This document shows positions 30,301 to 45,100 of a stretch of 64,000 nt of DNA, in pieces. Location: NCBI RefSeq assembly GCF_009914755.1, contig NC_060925.1. The stretch is one strand, 5' to 3'. A program made the position numbers and the translations under genes. The notes under the pieces are model-generated. The model ran no database searches, was not told where the DNA came from, and saw nothing but the letters and a program-made list of their open reading frames with translations. The DNA is from the human T2T-CHM13v2.0 reference genome, Homo sapiens. Position 1 is the stretch's first letter, and each line of letters starts with the position of its first letter.

Positions 30301-32186
30301 GTATTTGTTAAATGAACTGGGTCCCCCACCCACAGTGATTTTGCAGTTTTGATGGTGTGTATTGCTCAGAAGCAGGGCAAGCCAGACAAGCCGTCAGGAG
30401 GCAGCAAAGAGAGAAAACATTCTACAGAGGCAGAATTCACAAGTGCCAGCTGCTTCCAAGATTGGGTGTGTGTCAGAGGACCCCAGAAAGCTCAGCAAAC
30501 TGGACCGTAGGGCCACCATCCACTTGGAAGATGATTTCAGTGGTAGCAGGTAAGGGGGTCAGGAAAAGGTGGGTTTCGTGCCCCGAGGTGGTTCTGAGTC
30601 TCAATGGTAACGATAATCTGCCTCTTGCCCTCTTTGACTTTTGATTATGGGGTAGAAAATACATCTGTAGATGGATAGACAGGGCATAGCTCCCATAAAA
30701 ACTCTGGGTTAAGAGTGTTTCTTGGGCATGGTGAGAAGTAGGTCATTTAAACAGTTATCTGAATTTAATTGCCTTGGAGGAATTTATGAAAATGCATGGA
30801 TGAGTATTTGCAGGTGACTCTGGTATGGGCACTCCCCCACCAATTCTGCAGTAATCCACCCCTTTCTGCTCAGTCTCCCTCGCTTTAGCCCATGGGAAGG
30901 GAGGTTGACAATAGGGATATGGCTGCAGAAAATGGGAGAAAGGCAGAGGCACCCAACAAAGTCCACAGACCACAAGTCCAAGTACAAATTCACCATTTCC
31001 ACAGTATACACATACCAAAAACATATTTAATCAGGTAAACAAAAATTCCAAATACATTGTTGCTTATTTATAAATATTGATTTATAATAATCCTAAACTT
31101 TTTTTTAACCTTAAAAAAATCATCCAAAGACTTCAAGTTAAATATATTTCAGGATTAGCCAGGGATTTTTGTTTTTCGAGGGTTGGTTTTTAACCACTTC
31201 TTCATCCAGCGGTCTATTATGAGAACACAACACAGTCCTCTGTCCCTTAAGCATGCAGGTTCCTTCTACTGCTCTCAGTGTGGTCTTGTCTGCCAGGCCT
31301 GTGATTCTCCCTAGGACTGTCTTTTCCTCTGGGAGGACTGACTCACCTGTGATTTGTGGTATTTCAAACTAGTGAAAAAAGGAAAAACAAAAGTGGCATT
31401 TGATTCCTAAGCTATTACTACTACCCAGGAAAATGCTTGCTGAGAGAAATGAACATAGCTTTGTGTATTGCATTCTAAAAATAACACCAAAATTGTGCTT
31501 TTGTAATCTTGTGCAGATTTGAGTTTGTGCTTTGATGTTTTCAAAGGAATCTTCAAGGTATTGGAAATACTTTGGAATCCAAAGTATTTGTTAGATACTT
31601 TCCAGTGAGTCCAGTCACTTTCCTTGGGCCTTCAGTTTTTTTTAGGTCTGGCCAGCAGATATTAATATCTCCCAAGATCCTTGGTTTATAATAGTTCTAC
31701 ATACCTAATAAAGCCCTGCTGGCCTGTTCTGTGATACTGATGACTCTTAACTATACCTCATCTTCCTTGACCTATAAGACTAGCTCCTTGCTTTTCTCAT
31801 CCCCTTGGCCAAGACTTGGAGTTTGGCTTTGACTCTGGCTTAACTTACTTTGAGACCTCAGACAATTGCCCTGGATTCTGTGTCCCCTCTCCCAACCCAC
31901 AAGGACAGTATGGCTCTGCTCCTTCTTATAGGCATATATGGCTAATCACAGCCATTCTCCTTTGCCTACAGTGAAGACGGTAATTTCCTCTCTCTCCCAC
32001 AGGCTCCATCTGGGGTTCTGCATATATTGTGGGTAGCATCCCTGCCCTGCCTCTTAGGGGCTTGGAGGATTAGGGATTCTGTGAACCCAAGAGCCACAGC
32101 CAGGCAGTCACTCTGTCACTACAGGACAGAGCTGTCCTCAGCAACCAAGGGCATTTCTCAGGGAGAATGTCCTTTCTGGACTGTAA

Positions 32187-32628
<442 letters not shown>

Positions 32629-35600
32629 GAGGATAGACATTTTTAATAGAAAATCTCATTTTGGCTCCCTTAGACTTCTCAAGTTCCAGATGCTACTTAG
32701 CCTTTCCTCCCTGCTCTCTATTGCCTGCTCTTCCTCACCACATCCCTGCTTTTCTGAAAGTCCTTCCTTGCTGTGCAACAAATATGACAAAATTCCCAAG
32801 GCAAAAACCTTTAACACCTCCCATCTAGGATAACACTTATATTTTCAAGATTCTCACTTCATTATAGAGATCCCTATAAAAAGGAATAATACACCCTCCC
32901 CACAGAGATACTGTGAAGAAACACCAGTGGCTCAGCTTCAGCTGCACCCCAGGCATTGTGCTGCATGCTTTCCAAGTATTTCCTCATAGAATCCAGACAG
33001 TCACCCTGTGACGGAGGACTCCCTCAATCCTGTGTGTCTCCACATTGAAACAGATGACTAAACTTCCCTTCACAGATGAGGAAACTCATAAGTAGTGACT
33101 TGTTTGAAAACACCCATGTAATTGGAAGCACGGGATCTGAACTCATGACTTAACCATACCCACGTCTTCACCATCCTCACTATATCACACTTGCACTGGG
33201 GTAAAATGAGATAAAGCATTTGGAAGTACCTAACACAGCACCTAGCACATCATAGGCCCTCAAATGTCAAACAGGTCAGGCCCACAGAAGGCAGTCACAT
33301 GCCAGCTCACTGCCTCCTCTTTATAGCCACATCATCCTCAGTTCCTTCCAGACAGGACACAGCCAGGGCTCAAGGCTGAACACATGTTGTGAATGTATCT
33401 TGTGGTCCATCCAGAGACATGTCTAATCTGCAAGTATCTAAGAGGCATATTGTCGGGATGGAAAATATTCAGGGAAATCTGAAGAGACTAACCATCTGTC
33501 ATTGTATCAAAGCATTTTTCCTCCGTCTCCTGTCTCAACCCAAATTCCTTAGCCTATCTATTGCAAATATTTAGTCTCATTGGTTGTTCACTTGTTTACA
33601 GAAAGACCACATAGTAGCTCCTCAAATAAGAATCAAGGAACATTGGCACTAGATGGCCCTTGTCTTACACTCCTCAACTCTGCTTCTCCAGGAGCAGTGA
33701 TCTACCTAAGATCACTCAGTGGCAATACCTGTGAACCTGGATGGGGTCATGCATGTAAGCAGGCTAGCCAGGTGATCCTTGGTCACCAAGGCCGTGGACT
33801 ACACGATAAGGGCAAAGGAATTCAAAACAAGAGTGCCCAGCCAGAGGCAAACAAGCTCTCAGGTTCATCCTTGGCTCTGCACAGCCACACCGCTGCCACC
33901 TAGTGTCTAAGGGCCTGAACTTCAGTCTTGGTGCCTCTGGCCAGGGAAATGGCTGTGTTGAGCTGTGTGTGTGCTCTGTAATGTGGGACTCCCAATGCCT
34001 TCTGGGTCAAAACAACCCCAAACCTGGTATCTGTGGCATAGCACAGGGACCCAATAAGGCGGAAATCTCAATGAAAGAGGCAGAGGTGGGCAGCAGTCCT
34101 AAATGTGGTCTTGTCAAAACCAGAAGACACAGGACTGAGTTGTTTAAGCTAACGAGTAGCCAAATGTCCCATGTGCCACTGTCCATGTGGTCCCATCAGG
34201 AAGGCTGCAGGCCTGCCACTGCATGGCAGTTTACAGCTAAAGAGCCTGGGTTTAGTGGGGGCACTTGGGGTTTCGACCTTCTGCACTAACGGCAGATATC
34301 CTCAGAAATGCTCTCAGGAACTTCAAAATGTGTGAAAATTCTCTTTTCCTTCTCCCCCACACCCCCTTCTCTCTTTCTCTCTAGCTGAATAAAGGCAAAT
34401 TTGAATTCCTGAATATGGAAAATATGGTTCTAGCTGCCAAGCATCCTTCAAGACTTAGCTCAAACTGTCACTTACCTCATGGAGCCATCCCTAACTCCAT
34501 ATTTGGAAATACCCACCTCCCTCTGAAGCCACACTTCTTTCTATAACCACGACTTGACTTTGCTAGTTATTAGAATCGGTATCCACAGGTCCTGCTCCCT
34601 AAATCAGAGTGCACACTTTAGTGGTATTGCCTACAGAGCCTAGCCTGGTGCTTCGCATACACTGGATGTGCAGTGTCTGGTAGACGACTAAATGAATTGG
34701 ACCTCAGTAAAAAAAGGGAAACACAGTGAATCATTTTGTGAAATGCAGTATTTCTAGATTTAGATTAAATTCTATAATAGCCCAGCTAGTGTGGGGTCAG
34801 TGGGGGAGTGGGGGGCTGTCTCAGGATTCTTTCCCTAGAGCCCAGTCTAGTACAGTCAGGGGAACATTCTCCAACCCTTGCGTTTCAAAGCCAAGCTGCT
34901 GCACTCAAGAATGCCTACACCTAACCAGCAACCCATCCTAGAGATAAAGGTCTCTCTGCCCTGTTCCACCTCTGTGCACACTAGTTGATCAGGAATATGG
35001 TCCCTTCAGAAAGTAGACAAGTGCTAGAAAAAAATATATACAGGGAATATATATAGAAAACGTGAACCACACGCAGACGTAGGAATGCCATCCAGTGATG
35101 GAAGCAGAGTGTCTGACCTGCACAGGTGAACCTGCCCTCTGCTCCTTCCCACTCCCATCCAGAAGCTAGGCCAGCGCCTGGCATCCAGGTGACCCAGAAT
35201 AGTTGAGTTCAATCACCACAGGTAGCAAGACTCCAGGCCTCATGAAAGGTCTTTTACAAACTGCAGACCAGGGGACCAGCTAACCATTGGTTTCTGCCAC
35301 ACAACACAAAAACACAACCTCACCAGGAGCTAGCTGGGCCCCAAAGAAAAAACCACAAGGGTAATTCACTTTCTAGAACAGCTGCCTCTCAGCAACCAGC
35401 AAGATCTCCTTGGAATCTACCTTCTGCCAACCAAAGCAGAGAAGTCCTGAACTTATTTAGTCATGATGCAGGCCAAGGGCAGACGCAAGAGGAGATCAGT
35501 GGCTTCCCAAGTCATCACAGCAATTACTCCAGGACCAAACTTCAACTGCTGTTCCAGCACAAAGGGAGGAGAAGAGAGGTTTAACCATCCCAATCACATT

Positions 35601-36388
35601 CCTGTGCTTCCCCTTCTGAGATGGTGACCCTGCCCCTCATGCATCTTGGTGGCTGGCATTCTATCCAGATTGTGCTCTAATGGACAGGGCAGACAAAGCC
35701 ACAGAACCTTGATCTGCCTGCACTTCACATGTGCATGAGCAACCACACTCCAAAGTTATACAAAGGTCGGTCCGTGGGTCTGCTTTTGTGTTTTACCTAT
35801 CTCTGCTTTACAAATCCTGAGAACACCAAAGGTCAGAGCTGGAAATGATCTTGGAGACCATTCAATCCAACTCCACTCTGTTTTCCCACTTTACAGAGGA
35901 CCTAGAAAGGTGACAAGATGTCCAAATGACATGTGCACACAAAGACAGAGCTGGGCCAATAACCCAGGTTGCTGGCTGTGGGTCCAGGGCTGCTTCTATC
36001 TTATTTATACCAGGCTTGTGATAATAGTAACTGTTGCTCTTGGGAGTGTGCCATGCAGAACTGAGGCCAGCTATTTTCATTGGTCACTCAAACATCACAC
36101 ATAGAATCTATTTAATGAGGCTTTCCCATGTGAACAAATTCCCTTCCATAATAACAGTTTCTCTATTTCCTGGCTGTGCTTGGCACTACAGTCCCATTCA
36201 GTCCGGTAAAACAGTGGTACGTCTTAAATGGATTTTTTTTTTAATTCTGGAAATGAAACACCTAGTACCTGCCCTTCCTCTTGTCTTTTATAGTGGTTTC
36301 TCCCTTTTGAAATACCAAAGAACTTGTCAGTAGGGAAGTAGGCAGGGTGGGCCAGTCTGCAAGAGGCCTGTGGCTGTCCCTATTAGCA

Positions 36389-36402
36389 CCAGCAGGTGGC
36401 GC
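36389..36402 (+). promoter_or_regulatory. CTCF core consensus CCAGCAGGTGGCGC
   Basis: Matches CCASYAGRKGGCRS with the CpG retained. Confidence 0.65.
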
Positions 36403-36995
36403 CACTGAGGACCGCTCCGAAGCGCTCTGCTCCTGGGTGCTTTCTCTGCGGACCAGTCCTAGAACTGAGGGTCCCACACTGCCCGCATCAACCATGTAGA
36501 GGCACCAGGACGGTCGCGTGTCATTAGGAAGAAGTGCTGTGTCATCCTTCACAGTACACTGGGGAGGGTTCTCCTCCTGAGGCATCTGGCACAGTGCACG
36601 GCTGGACTCCCAGCACACTGTGAAGAGGAGGAAATGATGCATGTGGGGGTCTCCTTCCAAGCCCTTCGTCTCTGGTCCTCCCATGCCCCACCTCCCAAAA
36701 AGCCACAGCCACATCTCTAGATTTTTTTTTGGTTTTTTTTTTGCTTTAGATGCTTCTGGTCCCATCACTGGGACCTAAAAGAAGCTCACATGTGGTCTCT
36801 GGAAATGCTGAAGCTGTGGACTGTAGACATTATTTTCAGTCCTTGTCCTGGTGGCTGCATACCAGATGCTGCTCCTTCCCTGTGTGTGGCCAGCTGTACA
36901 CAGTGACATGCTCCCAAGGCCGCGGCACAGGCGGTGATGGGAACTCCTCCCCGGGCCAGCCTCTCAGGCTGCAGCCCCACGGCACCCTGAGGCCC

Positions 36996-37286
<291 letters not shown>

Positions 37287-38778
37287 TCAGCTGAGGAGCC
37301 AGGCCTGGGGACTACCTTGGGGACAAGCCTGCTGCTGCTCCACCACCCCGGGGAGGGAGACAAACCGCAGTTAAGGGCGTGGGTTTCAAAGTTCCATTCC
37401 TAGACCAAAAGCTGACTCCCTGACTTCCTACCTGGGAAATCTTGGAAAAAGTATCTAATCTAGCCTCAGTTTCCTCATCTGTAAAGAGAAGATATTAAGA
37501 TACCTCTTACTCCAAGAAGTTACTGTGATAACTAAAGGAGATAATTCTTTCTAAGATGTTTGGCCTATGTCTGGCCCATAGAAAAGACTTGATAAATACT
37601 TTCTACTAATGCTAATCAACATTTTTACATCTTTGAAAGAGTATTCTGGTCTTTGAGCTCCCTGAAGCAGTGTAACAAAACTTCCACAAACCCTAATGTC
37701 ATCTCTCTCCTCTCCATATTTGCTCAGAGATTCCCCATGCAGAACCTCAAGGTTGGACGTGACATTACAGGTTCAAGCCCCCTCCCAGGATTAGGAGCCC
37801 TAAACTAAAACGAACAGAAGTGAGAGGGGGGAGCCCTTCAATTTCACACCCTGTTCCCTGTTATTATTAACTCATTGCCTATTTTCTCTGGACATTTCAG
37901 GGGAACAATTTATCCTCTCCTCCTTACATTTTCTGGAAAGTAGGCAACCTGTACCCCACTCTCCAAGAGGGAAAGACTGGAGGGACCTCCAGCCACTCTC
38001 TGCCCTGCCACTCACTCATGGCAGGGGAGGACCCCCTGGCAGTGCCTTGCTCTTGCACCACCTGGAGGGTGCCTTTGGAGCTGCCACACTCACAAAGCAG
38101 GACTGATGGGGCAAGTGTGGCCCTACGTGGGCTGGGGGGTTGGGGAGCATTTAGTTCATTTTTTCCTATAGAAAGGCAATATATTATAAAGCCCATGAGG
38201 CTGCTGGCCCAAGCTCTGTTCTATAATCTGCTTTGCCAGTGAAGCGAATGAACTGTTTTCCACCTCTGACCTCTGTAACAACCTCTCCATTCATTCTGAA
38301 CTCAGGGAGGGGTGTGGAGAAGAGATGTGATTAATTATGAACCTAAAACTCTGACAGAGGCCATATTTATTTCCATATTCAACATTTCTGAAGAGCCTCC
38401 TTACATCGGACAGCCCCTGGACTCCACCAAATCCACAGCCCAGTCATATTGGTATCTGGATGGCTCTTGTCACTCTCCTAATCAGCATGTCTGGATGGGA
38501 AACGAATTCCAAGTTCCAGAGTAAACAACAGTCCCTGGGGGTGAGCGGGGAAGATATAGAGTAGAAAAATGTAGGGATTGGGCTGCGGCAGAACTCATTC
38601 TCCTCACAGGACCCAAGGGCCATCACCGCTGTAGGAGCGACGGACAAGCAAGATGGCAGCTTTGGCCTCCAGCAAAGCAGATACACTCATTGGGCCATTA
38701 TCTCATTTTCCACAGGAGGAAACTGAGGCTCAGGGAAAGCAGGTTCAGTTATAACCATACCTCACCCAGGATCTGGGC

Positions 38779-38824
38779 TGTGTGTGTAAACACGTGTGGG
38801 TGTGTGTGTGTGTGTGTGTGTGTG
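38779..38824. repeat. Interrupted (TG)n microsatellite
   Basis: Read directly. Confidence 0.9.
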
Positions 38825-39038
38825 GAGTTTGACAGCCATTGTTTGCCCAGCCTTCGATGCTGCTTGCTCTGAGAACTGGGTGCCTAAGGACTCAGGTGAG
38901 ACCAACAGGGCTGGGAGTAACCAGGGAGTGAGCAAAGGGATGGAGCCCTGATATATTCCGGGATGGGAGCCAGCCTGAGCCAAGGAATTGTCCTAAGATC
39001 CTTTCCGTTTCCCTATGTTTTCTTGAAGCAATCAGTCA

Positions 39039-39200
<162 letters not shown>

Positions 39201-41960
39201 CTACAATCTAAAGTCCTCCTGGCCTCTTCTCCCCTCTCAACACCCCTTCCACCCCTCTTCTCCCGTTCATCCAAACCCATCATCAAGTGGAGCTGACTGC
39301 GCCGCAGCACGTGCCCAAGAAACACCCGCCTGTCATCCTGTTTCAGGGAGTTTGCAGACAGCCGGTGGGGCTGCGTCAGCCACACAAAAAATGCAGCCAA
39401 GTTATCTGAAGTAGGGGGTTATCTGCCTCAATGACCAGACCCCAGAAGCATGGCATCTGCCGGCCCAGCATGGAAGGGAAGTGGGGAGAAGGGCCGAGTA
39501 GAGGAGAGGGTCCTACTAAAAGGAACTTTATATTCTGAGTGATTCTTCCTACAGTCTGAATTTCTATCACCACAGTTAAAATATGTTGTACTAAATAAAC
39601 ATGTAAAGCTCCAAAATGTAGAGTTCTTTGGGGATCAAAAAATAATTGACAAATTTTCCCCTAAAAAGCAGGGAAATAAAGGGAGAAGGTCAGGGAAGTC
39701 CTACTAGAGATAGGTGGGCAGAGCAGGCAGAGGGAATGGGGCAGAGGGAAGGGAGGGAAGGAAGAGCTGAGATGGGACCCATCACTCAACAGTGCCCTTC
39801 CCCAACACTAGGACCAGTGTCAGATCCAGCCCCGTTCTTAGCTTCCAGCTTTCAATCCATAAAGGCCTTGAAGCTCAGAAAATAAGGAAGAAAGAGAAAC
39901 CTGGAGCTCTTTAGATGCTGTTTCAGAGCACCTCGCAGAGGTGTGATTACCCGACATAGAGAAGAAACAGTCCTTTGGGAGGTAGAATATGGTGGTTAAA
40001 CACACAGGCTTGGGTCGGACAGACCTAGGATCACTGGCAGGTTATTTAATGCCTCAGTATCTTTCCACGTCTGTAAACCTGGGGTCATCATTCAGTCTAC
40101 CTCACGGAGTTGTGGGGATTTTGAGTTGAGACATGTAAACATCTAGCATAGTGCTTGCACACAGCAGGGGCTAAATTGAGGGCCATCATTCCTGATAAGG
40201 ACACAGCGAACAAAGGGCAGGGCTGAGACTCACACCAGATCTGTGTGCCCCGAAGCCCATGCTCTTTCTTCTGCCTACAGTGCTGTCCCCTCACTCCTTG
40301 CGCCGGGGCACCTTCCACGTATGCTTCAGCTTTCGACATCGCATGCTCAGAGCAGTCTCTCTAACTCCCCTACCTATAGCAGCCCACGGGCTCCCACTCC
40401 ACTAGGGCTTCCCCTTTCACAGCTCTCGACACATTCATCATCTTTCAAAACCAGTTTTATAGAGATGTAATTCACATGCCATGTAACTGACTCATTTAAA
40501 GTATACAATTCAATGAGAATTGTATACTTTACAATCTTTATATACTTTACAGTTCAATCTTTTATGAACTGAAGCCTCCACAACAATGGCAGTTCACCAC
40601 TGTGCCCCCAGCATCTGGCACAGGGTCCGGCCAAGGCAGGAACGTGGCAAATAACTGCTGAATGAATGAATGAATGAATGAATGTTGCAGTGCCTCTGGA
40701 TCCCTTTAGTTGTCTGAGAACAGGGAAGCAGACTGGGGAGTAACAGAGACTTTCCTTAAATCACATGAGGGACTCAGGCCTAGAGGGCACAGTGTGATCA
40801 GTGCTTCATATATGACTCCGTGTGGTGCGGGGCCCTCTGGGTTGCCAGATAAGGAATTTTCCAAGGAAAATTCTCCATGACTAAGAGAGGTCATGGCCTG
40901 GTCCCGGTGCCAACCCCAAGGCTCACCCCTGAGTTCCATGACACAGGCTTAGGCGCAGCCCTGGAGCACTCATGGGGAACAGGAAACCCAGGTCAAGTCA
41001 GAGGTGGTTTTTCAAAGGCTCCCAAGAGCAGAGAGATGGAGGAGCTGGGAGCGGCAGACCCACTGCCAGGCATGCGGCTTTGTGCAGCTTCAGCGGCACT
41101 CCCTCCAGGCGCCAGTGCACCAACAGCCAGCCTGGGGATGGGCAGCAGGTGTGGCCAGACACCCTGGCTCTTCCTCAGCAATGTGGAGCCATGAGTGTGA
41201 CTGACAGAGGCACTCCCTGCCTCTGCCCATGCGCCTCTGCCCAGGGCCTCCTGTGGCTCTAACAGCGTGCTTCCAGCACAGGATACAGCATCTGCAGCTC
41301 CCCACCTCCCCGGTGCCATGACTCTGATGCCAGGAAGCCGACTGCTCAGACAAGGAGCAGCCCTGGGCTTGCAAGATCCTTTAGGCAGAGGCTAAAGGGA
41401 GGGCTCTGCAGGATTTGTGGTGGAGATGCGTTTCTACAGGGAGACTGAGTTTCATATCAAAGGACATGGAGTGAGGAGACAAGGCCAGCTGACCTTGCTG
41501 GAGGGCTCCTTCTGTGCCAAGAACAAGATGAGTGCTTCACATTCATTAAGTCTCTCAATTCTCACAGCTGCCCTGTAATGGGGATTAGTACCCCCATTTC
41601 ACAGATGGGGAAAGTTGAGGGTTTAGGAGGAGATCATGCAACTTGCTTGAGATAACACAGCTCTTAAAAAGCCAACTGGAGACTGAAGACCAGGCAGGCT
41701 GACTGCAAGGCCCCTCTGGGTCAGTGGTTATTATCATCACAATCATTTCTCATTTTAATTTTGCAAAGGCTTTCACTCACTTTCAACCCCCTAATAACAC
41801 CGTGCGGCAGAGAGAACAGGAACTGACAGCCCCATTTTGTAGAGGAAGAAACTGAGACACAGGAAAGCTGAAAAGTCAAAGCCACGACTGGAAACCCAGA
41901 CTTATGATTCTCACCCCCCACCCACCGTGGGAAATGCCCCTCCGCCAGCTCTTGAGCCTG

Positions 41961-42008
41961 CACAGGGGAAACGCGACACGGGGGAAACGCAACACAGGGA
42001 AAACGCGA
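41961..42008. repeat. 16-bp tandem repeat x3 (CACAGGGGAAACGCGA-like)
   Basis: cacaggggaaacgcga / cacgggggaaacgcaa / cacagggaaaacgcga. Confidence 0.85.
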
Positions 42009-42023
42009 CAGGTGAGAGGCTTA

Positions 42024-42176
<153 letters not shown>

Positions 42177-45100
42177 TCACACTCTGCAAGGAGGGGCCCC
42201 AGCCTCCGTTTCCCCACAGACCCATCTCCTGCCCTTCTGTTCGCCCTTGCAAAACTCACTCTCAACTCCCTGAAAGACAGGAGAGCTTAGCTGCTCCCTC
42301 CTGGCTCGCCCCTCTTTTCTGTCCCACTGTGTCAGCAGCACTCACTGGGTTCCCCCAAAGGGGAAACTCTCCTGACAATGTCAACCACCACCAAGGTGAT
42401 GACAGAGGGCCAGGGAGCACAATCAAAAAGGCAGGCAGGAGGGAAAATGTGAGGTGAGAAGATCTTCCCGTTAAAGATGGAGGGTTCAACCCCACATTCA
42501 CCTCCTGAAATCCTACTTGAATTATCAAAGAGGGATTTTTAAGAGGCTTACACCCCAAAGGAAGGAGAGAATTTTTGTAAGCTGGAAAGCAGATGGTTGA
42601 GAGTGATGAGCTGACCCGGAATAGAGAACTGAGGTTGGCAACGGGGAGGTTTGGGAGAGGCAGGCTTCACCAGGCTCTGAAAACTCAGGAACGGGGTTGG
42701 GGGGTAGGGGGCCAGGAGCCACTGCTCTTCTCCAGGCTAGGCCTCGGGCGCCAGACCCCAGTGTTGGTAGGAGAGGAGAGAGAGTGAGCCCCGGGCACAG
42801 CCGCGGCAGAAGCGACCCAGTAAAAACTGAGGGTATTGTGGAAATTTACATATTAAGTAGTGGGACCCTGGCCCCTTGTCCCACTTAACCTGGGCTGGAG
42901 ACTGCAGAACTCTTCCCTGGGAAAATCCACCAAGCCTAGAGGAAAGACTCACAGGCACTGAGAGTCAGGTGCCTGTGAAATGGCCCTGCCAGACCAACCC
43001 ACAGTCAGGAAGCCTGCCTGCATCCCACCACCCAGGGCTTCCCTGTGGTTTTCTAGGCCCTCGTTATTAGAGGTGAAGGGGTGCCCAAGGATCACTAGAC
43101 ATTTAAAGGAAGGTACTAGCGTGAAAGACAGAGATGGGAAAAAAGAAAAGAAAAATGGACCTCAGAGGATTCAATGCAGGGAGCTTAAGAGAGCAAAAAA
43201 TATTACAATGGGTCATCCTCAGAATGTTAGGAAAATAAAAAAAAGAGCTGCAGGCTATGAAAAAAGGAACATGGAGATAACAAAACGCTCTTAGAAATTA
43301 AAAACAAAGCACAAGAAGTCAAACTCCTGGGAGCTCATGAAGAAGATCCACTGCCTGGCAGATTTTGCAATCTGCCATAAAGGACACTCTTGTATTTTAT
43401 GATACACTCACAGATAGGAGGAGACCTGTTCCTTCATTCTACCCTAATTCTTCAGAGGTTACAAGGCAATAGAATGCACTTTCTCCTTTCTTCCCTGGAG
43501 CCAAGGAGGACATGGTGTGGGAAGGCGGGGTGGTCACAGCAGGCTTCTCTCAGAACTTCCCTCTCGCTGCTTTTGGGAATCCTGCTTTTGCAAGGGGACT
43601 TCCTCTTGACTGGGGGTTACTGTAGGGAGCTGGGACCAGAAAGGCCCCAATCCTTTCCCCTGCACATGCCCATCCTCCCAAGGTCTCGGCCTGAGAACAT
43701 GACTGTGTTCAGCAGGAGGCCTGGCTTAGGGAGCAGAGCCTGTGGGGGCATCTCCTGCCAGCTGGGATGGCTGAAGCCGCAGTGGGTTTTGGACACCATC
43801 TCTGAGGCTGCAGTGAAAGCCAGGAACATGTCGGTCTGCACCAGTGGGAGGAATGGTCTGAGCCAGGCCAATGCGGCTCAGCTAAAAGGTCTGGAAACGG
43901 GGCAGCCAGGTGGCATCCCTCTCCTCTGTGTTTATGCAGCATTTACCAGCAGAGGGTGGAGACAATTACCCTGAGATTGTTCACATGAAACAATGTATTT
44001 ACTGGGCTGAGCACAATCCAACCCCTCAAGAAAAAAGCACAAAGGCACAGGCTCGGGGAATCAGGTTTGTGGCTCTCCAGAGGCATGCGGTGAGCAACAG
44101 TCACAGTGCTCTGAGAAGCTGAAAGAACAGGGGTGTGATTCTGAGATAAATTTGCAGGTACTTTGAGCTAACTACAAGACCTCTAGATGCCCCCAAGCAA
44201 AGGAACTTAGGAAGGCAAGGGAGTAAATCCAAAGGCTCTGGGGTCACCCTCCCCGCCCTCAAGCTAGGCCTTCTCAAGGAAGAACCTGGAGCGAGGTGTT
44301 TTCCCCTGGACAAACGTGAGTCAGTGTCCTTCGCAGGAGATAACGGGAAAGGCTCTATGCCCAGGAGCTTCAAGGGTCTCGTAAGGGCGGCGTTTGGAGG
44401 GGGTGCCCCCTGATACTGCCTGGGCCACCCTCCCTGGCTGGGGAGAGGGGTGGTGCTCGGGCTCTCCAGCCCTGGCTGGAGTGAAGGTTCTGGGTCGGCC
44501 AGCGGAAGGGCAGGTGGAGGGGCTGCCTGCACTTTCTCCTGAAGCCTCTTCTTGGCTCCCATTGCCAGTAGCCACCAGTCAGCTTTGTATTGGTGCTTTA
44601 CCATCCTAAGACCACCTGGTAGCATTTAGCAATGTCCATGCAGGGCTGACCTATCTGCCACATGGTGGTGCTGCGTGGCAACCTCCAGGAAGTCCAGAGA
44701 TCTAAATTCCTAAGTGACCTTCCCCGTGGGAATTGGCTAAGGAGACCTTACAAGCAGAAGGTATTTGGTGGCCCAGCGACATTTGGCACCCATGGAAAGC
44801 CTAAGATTTTGTACTTCCTCACTTTGGGACAAACAGAATGAGAGAAGCAGAACCACTGATTATGGCTGAAATCTGCTAGATATAAAGGACACACTGTCAA
44901 CTGCCCAGGAGACTCCTGACATCCAAGTCAGCTGGGAAGCTCCAGAAATGTGTGGGATTCTGCTTCTGCCTTTGCTCATATGCACTGCTTTTAGGAAAGC
45001 TTATTCCATTTACTTTGGTTAAACCTTTCCAAGTGCCCATACAAATTGAGAGGAACAGAATCAAGAAAGAGCCTCCAAGTTGCTTCTTGCTGGCTCTGAG

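Noticed and set aside
43390-44625. 194-aa and 174-aa intronic ORFs
   Set aside because: No recognisable domain or splice context; expected by chance in GC-rich intron DNA.
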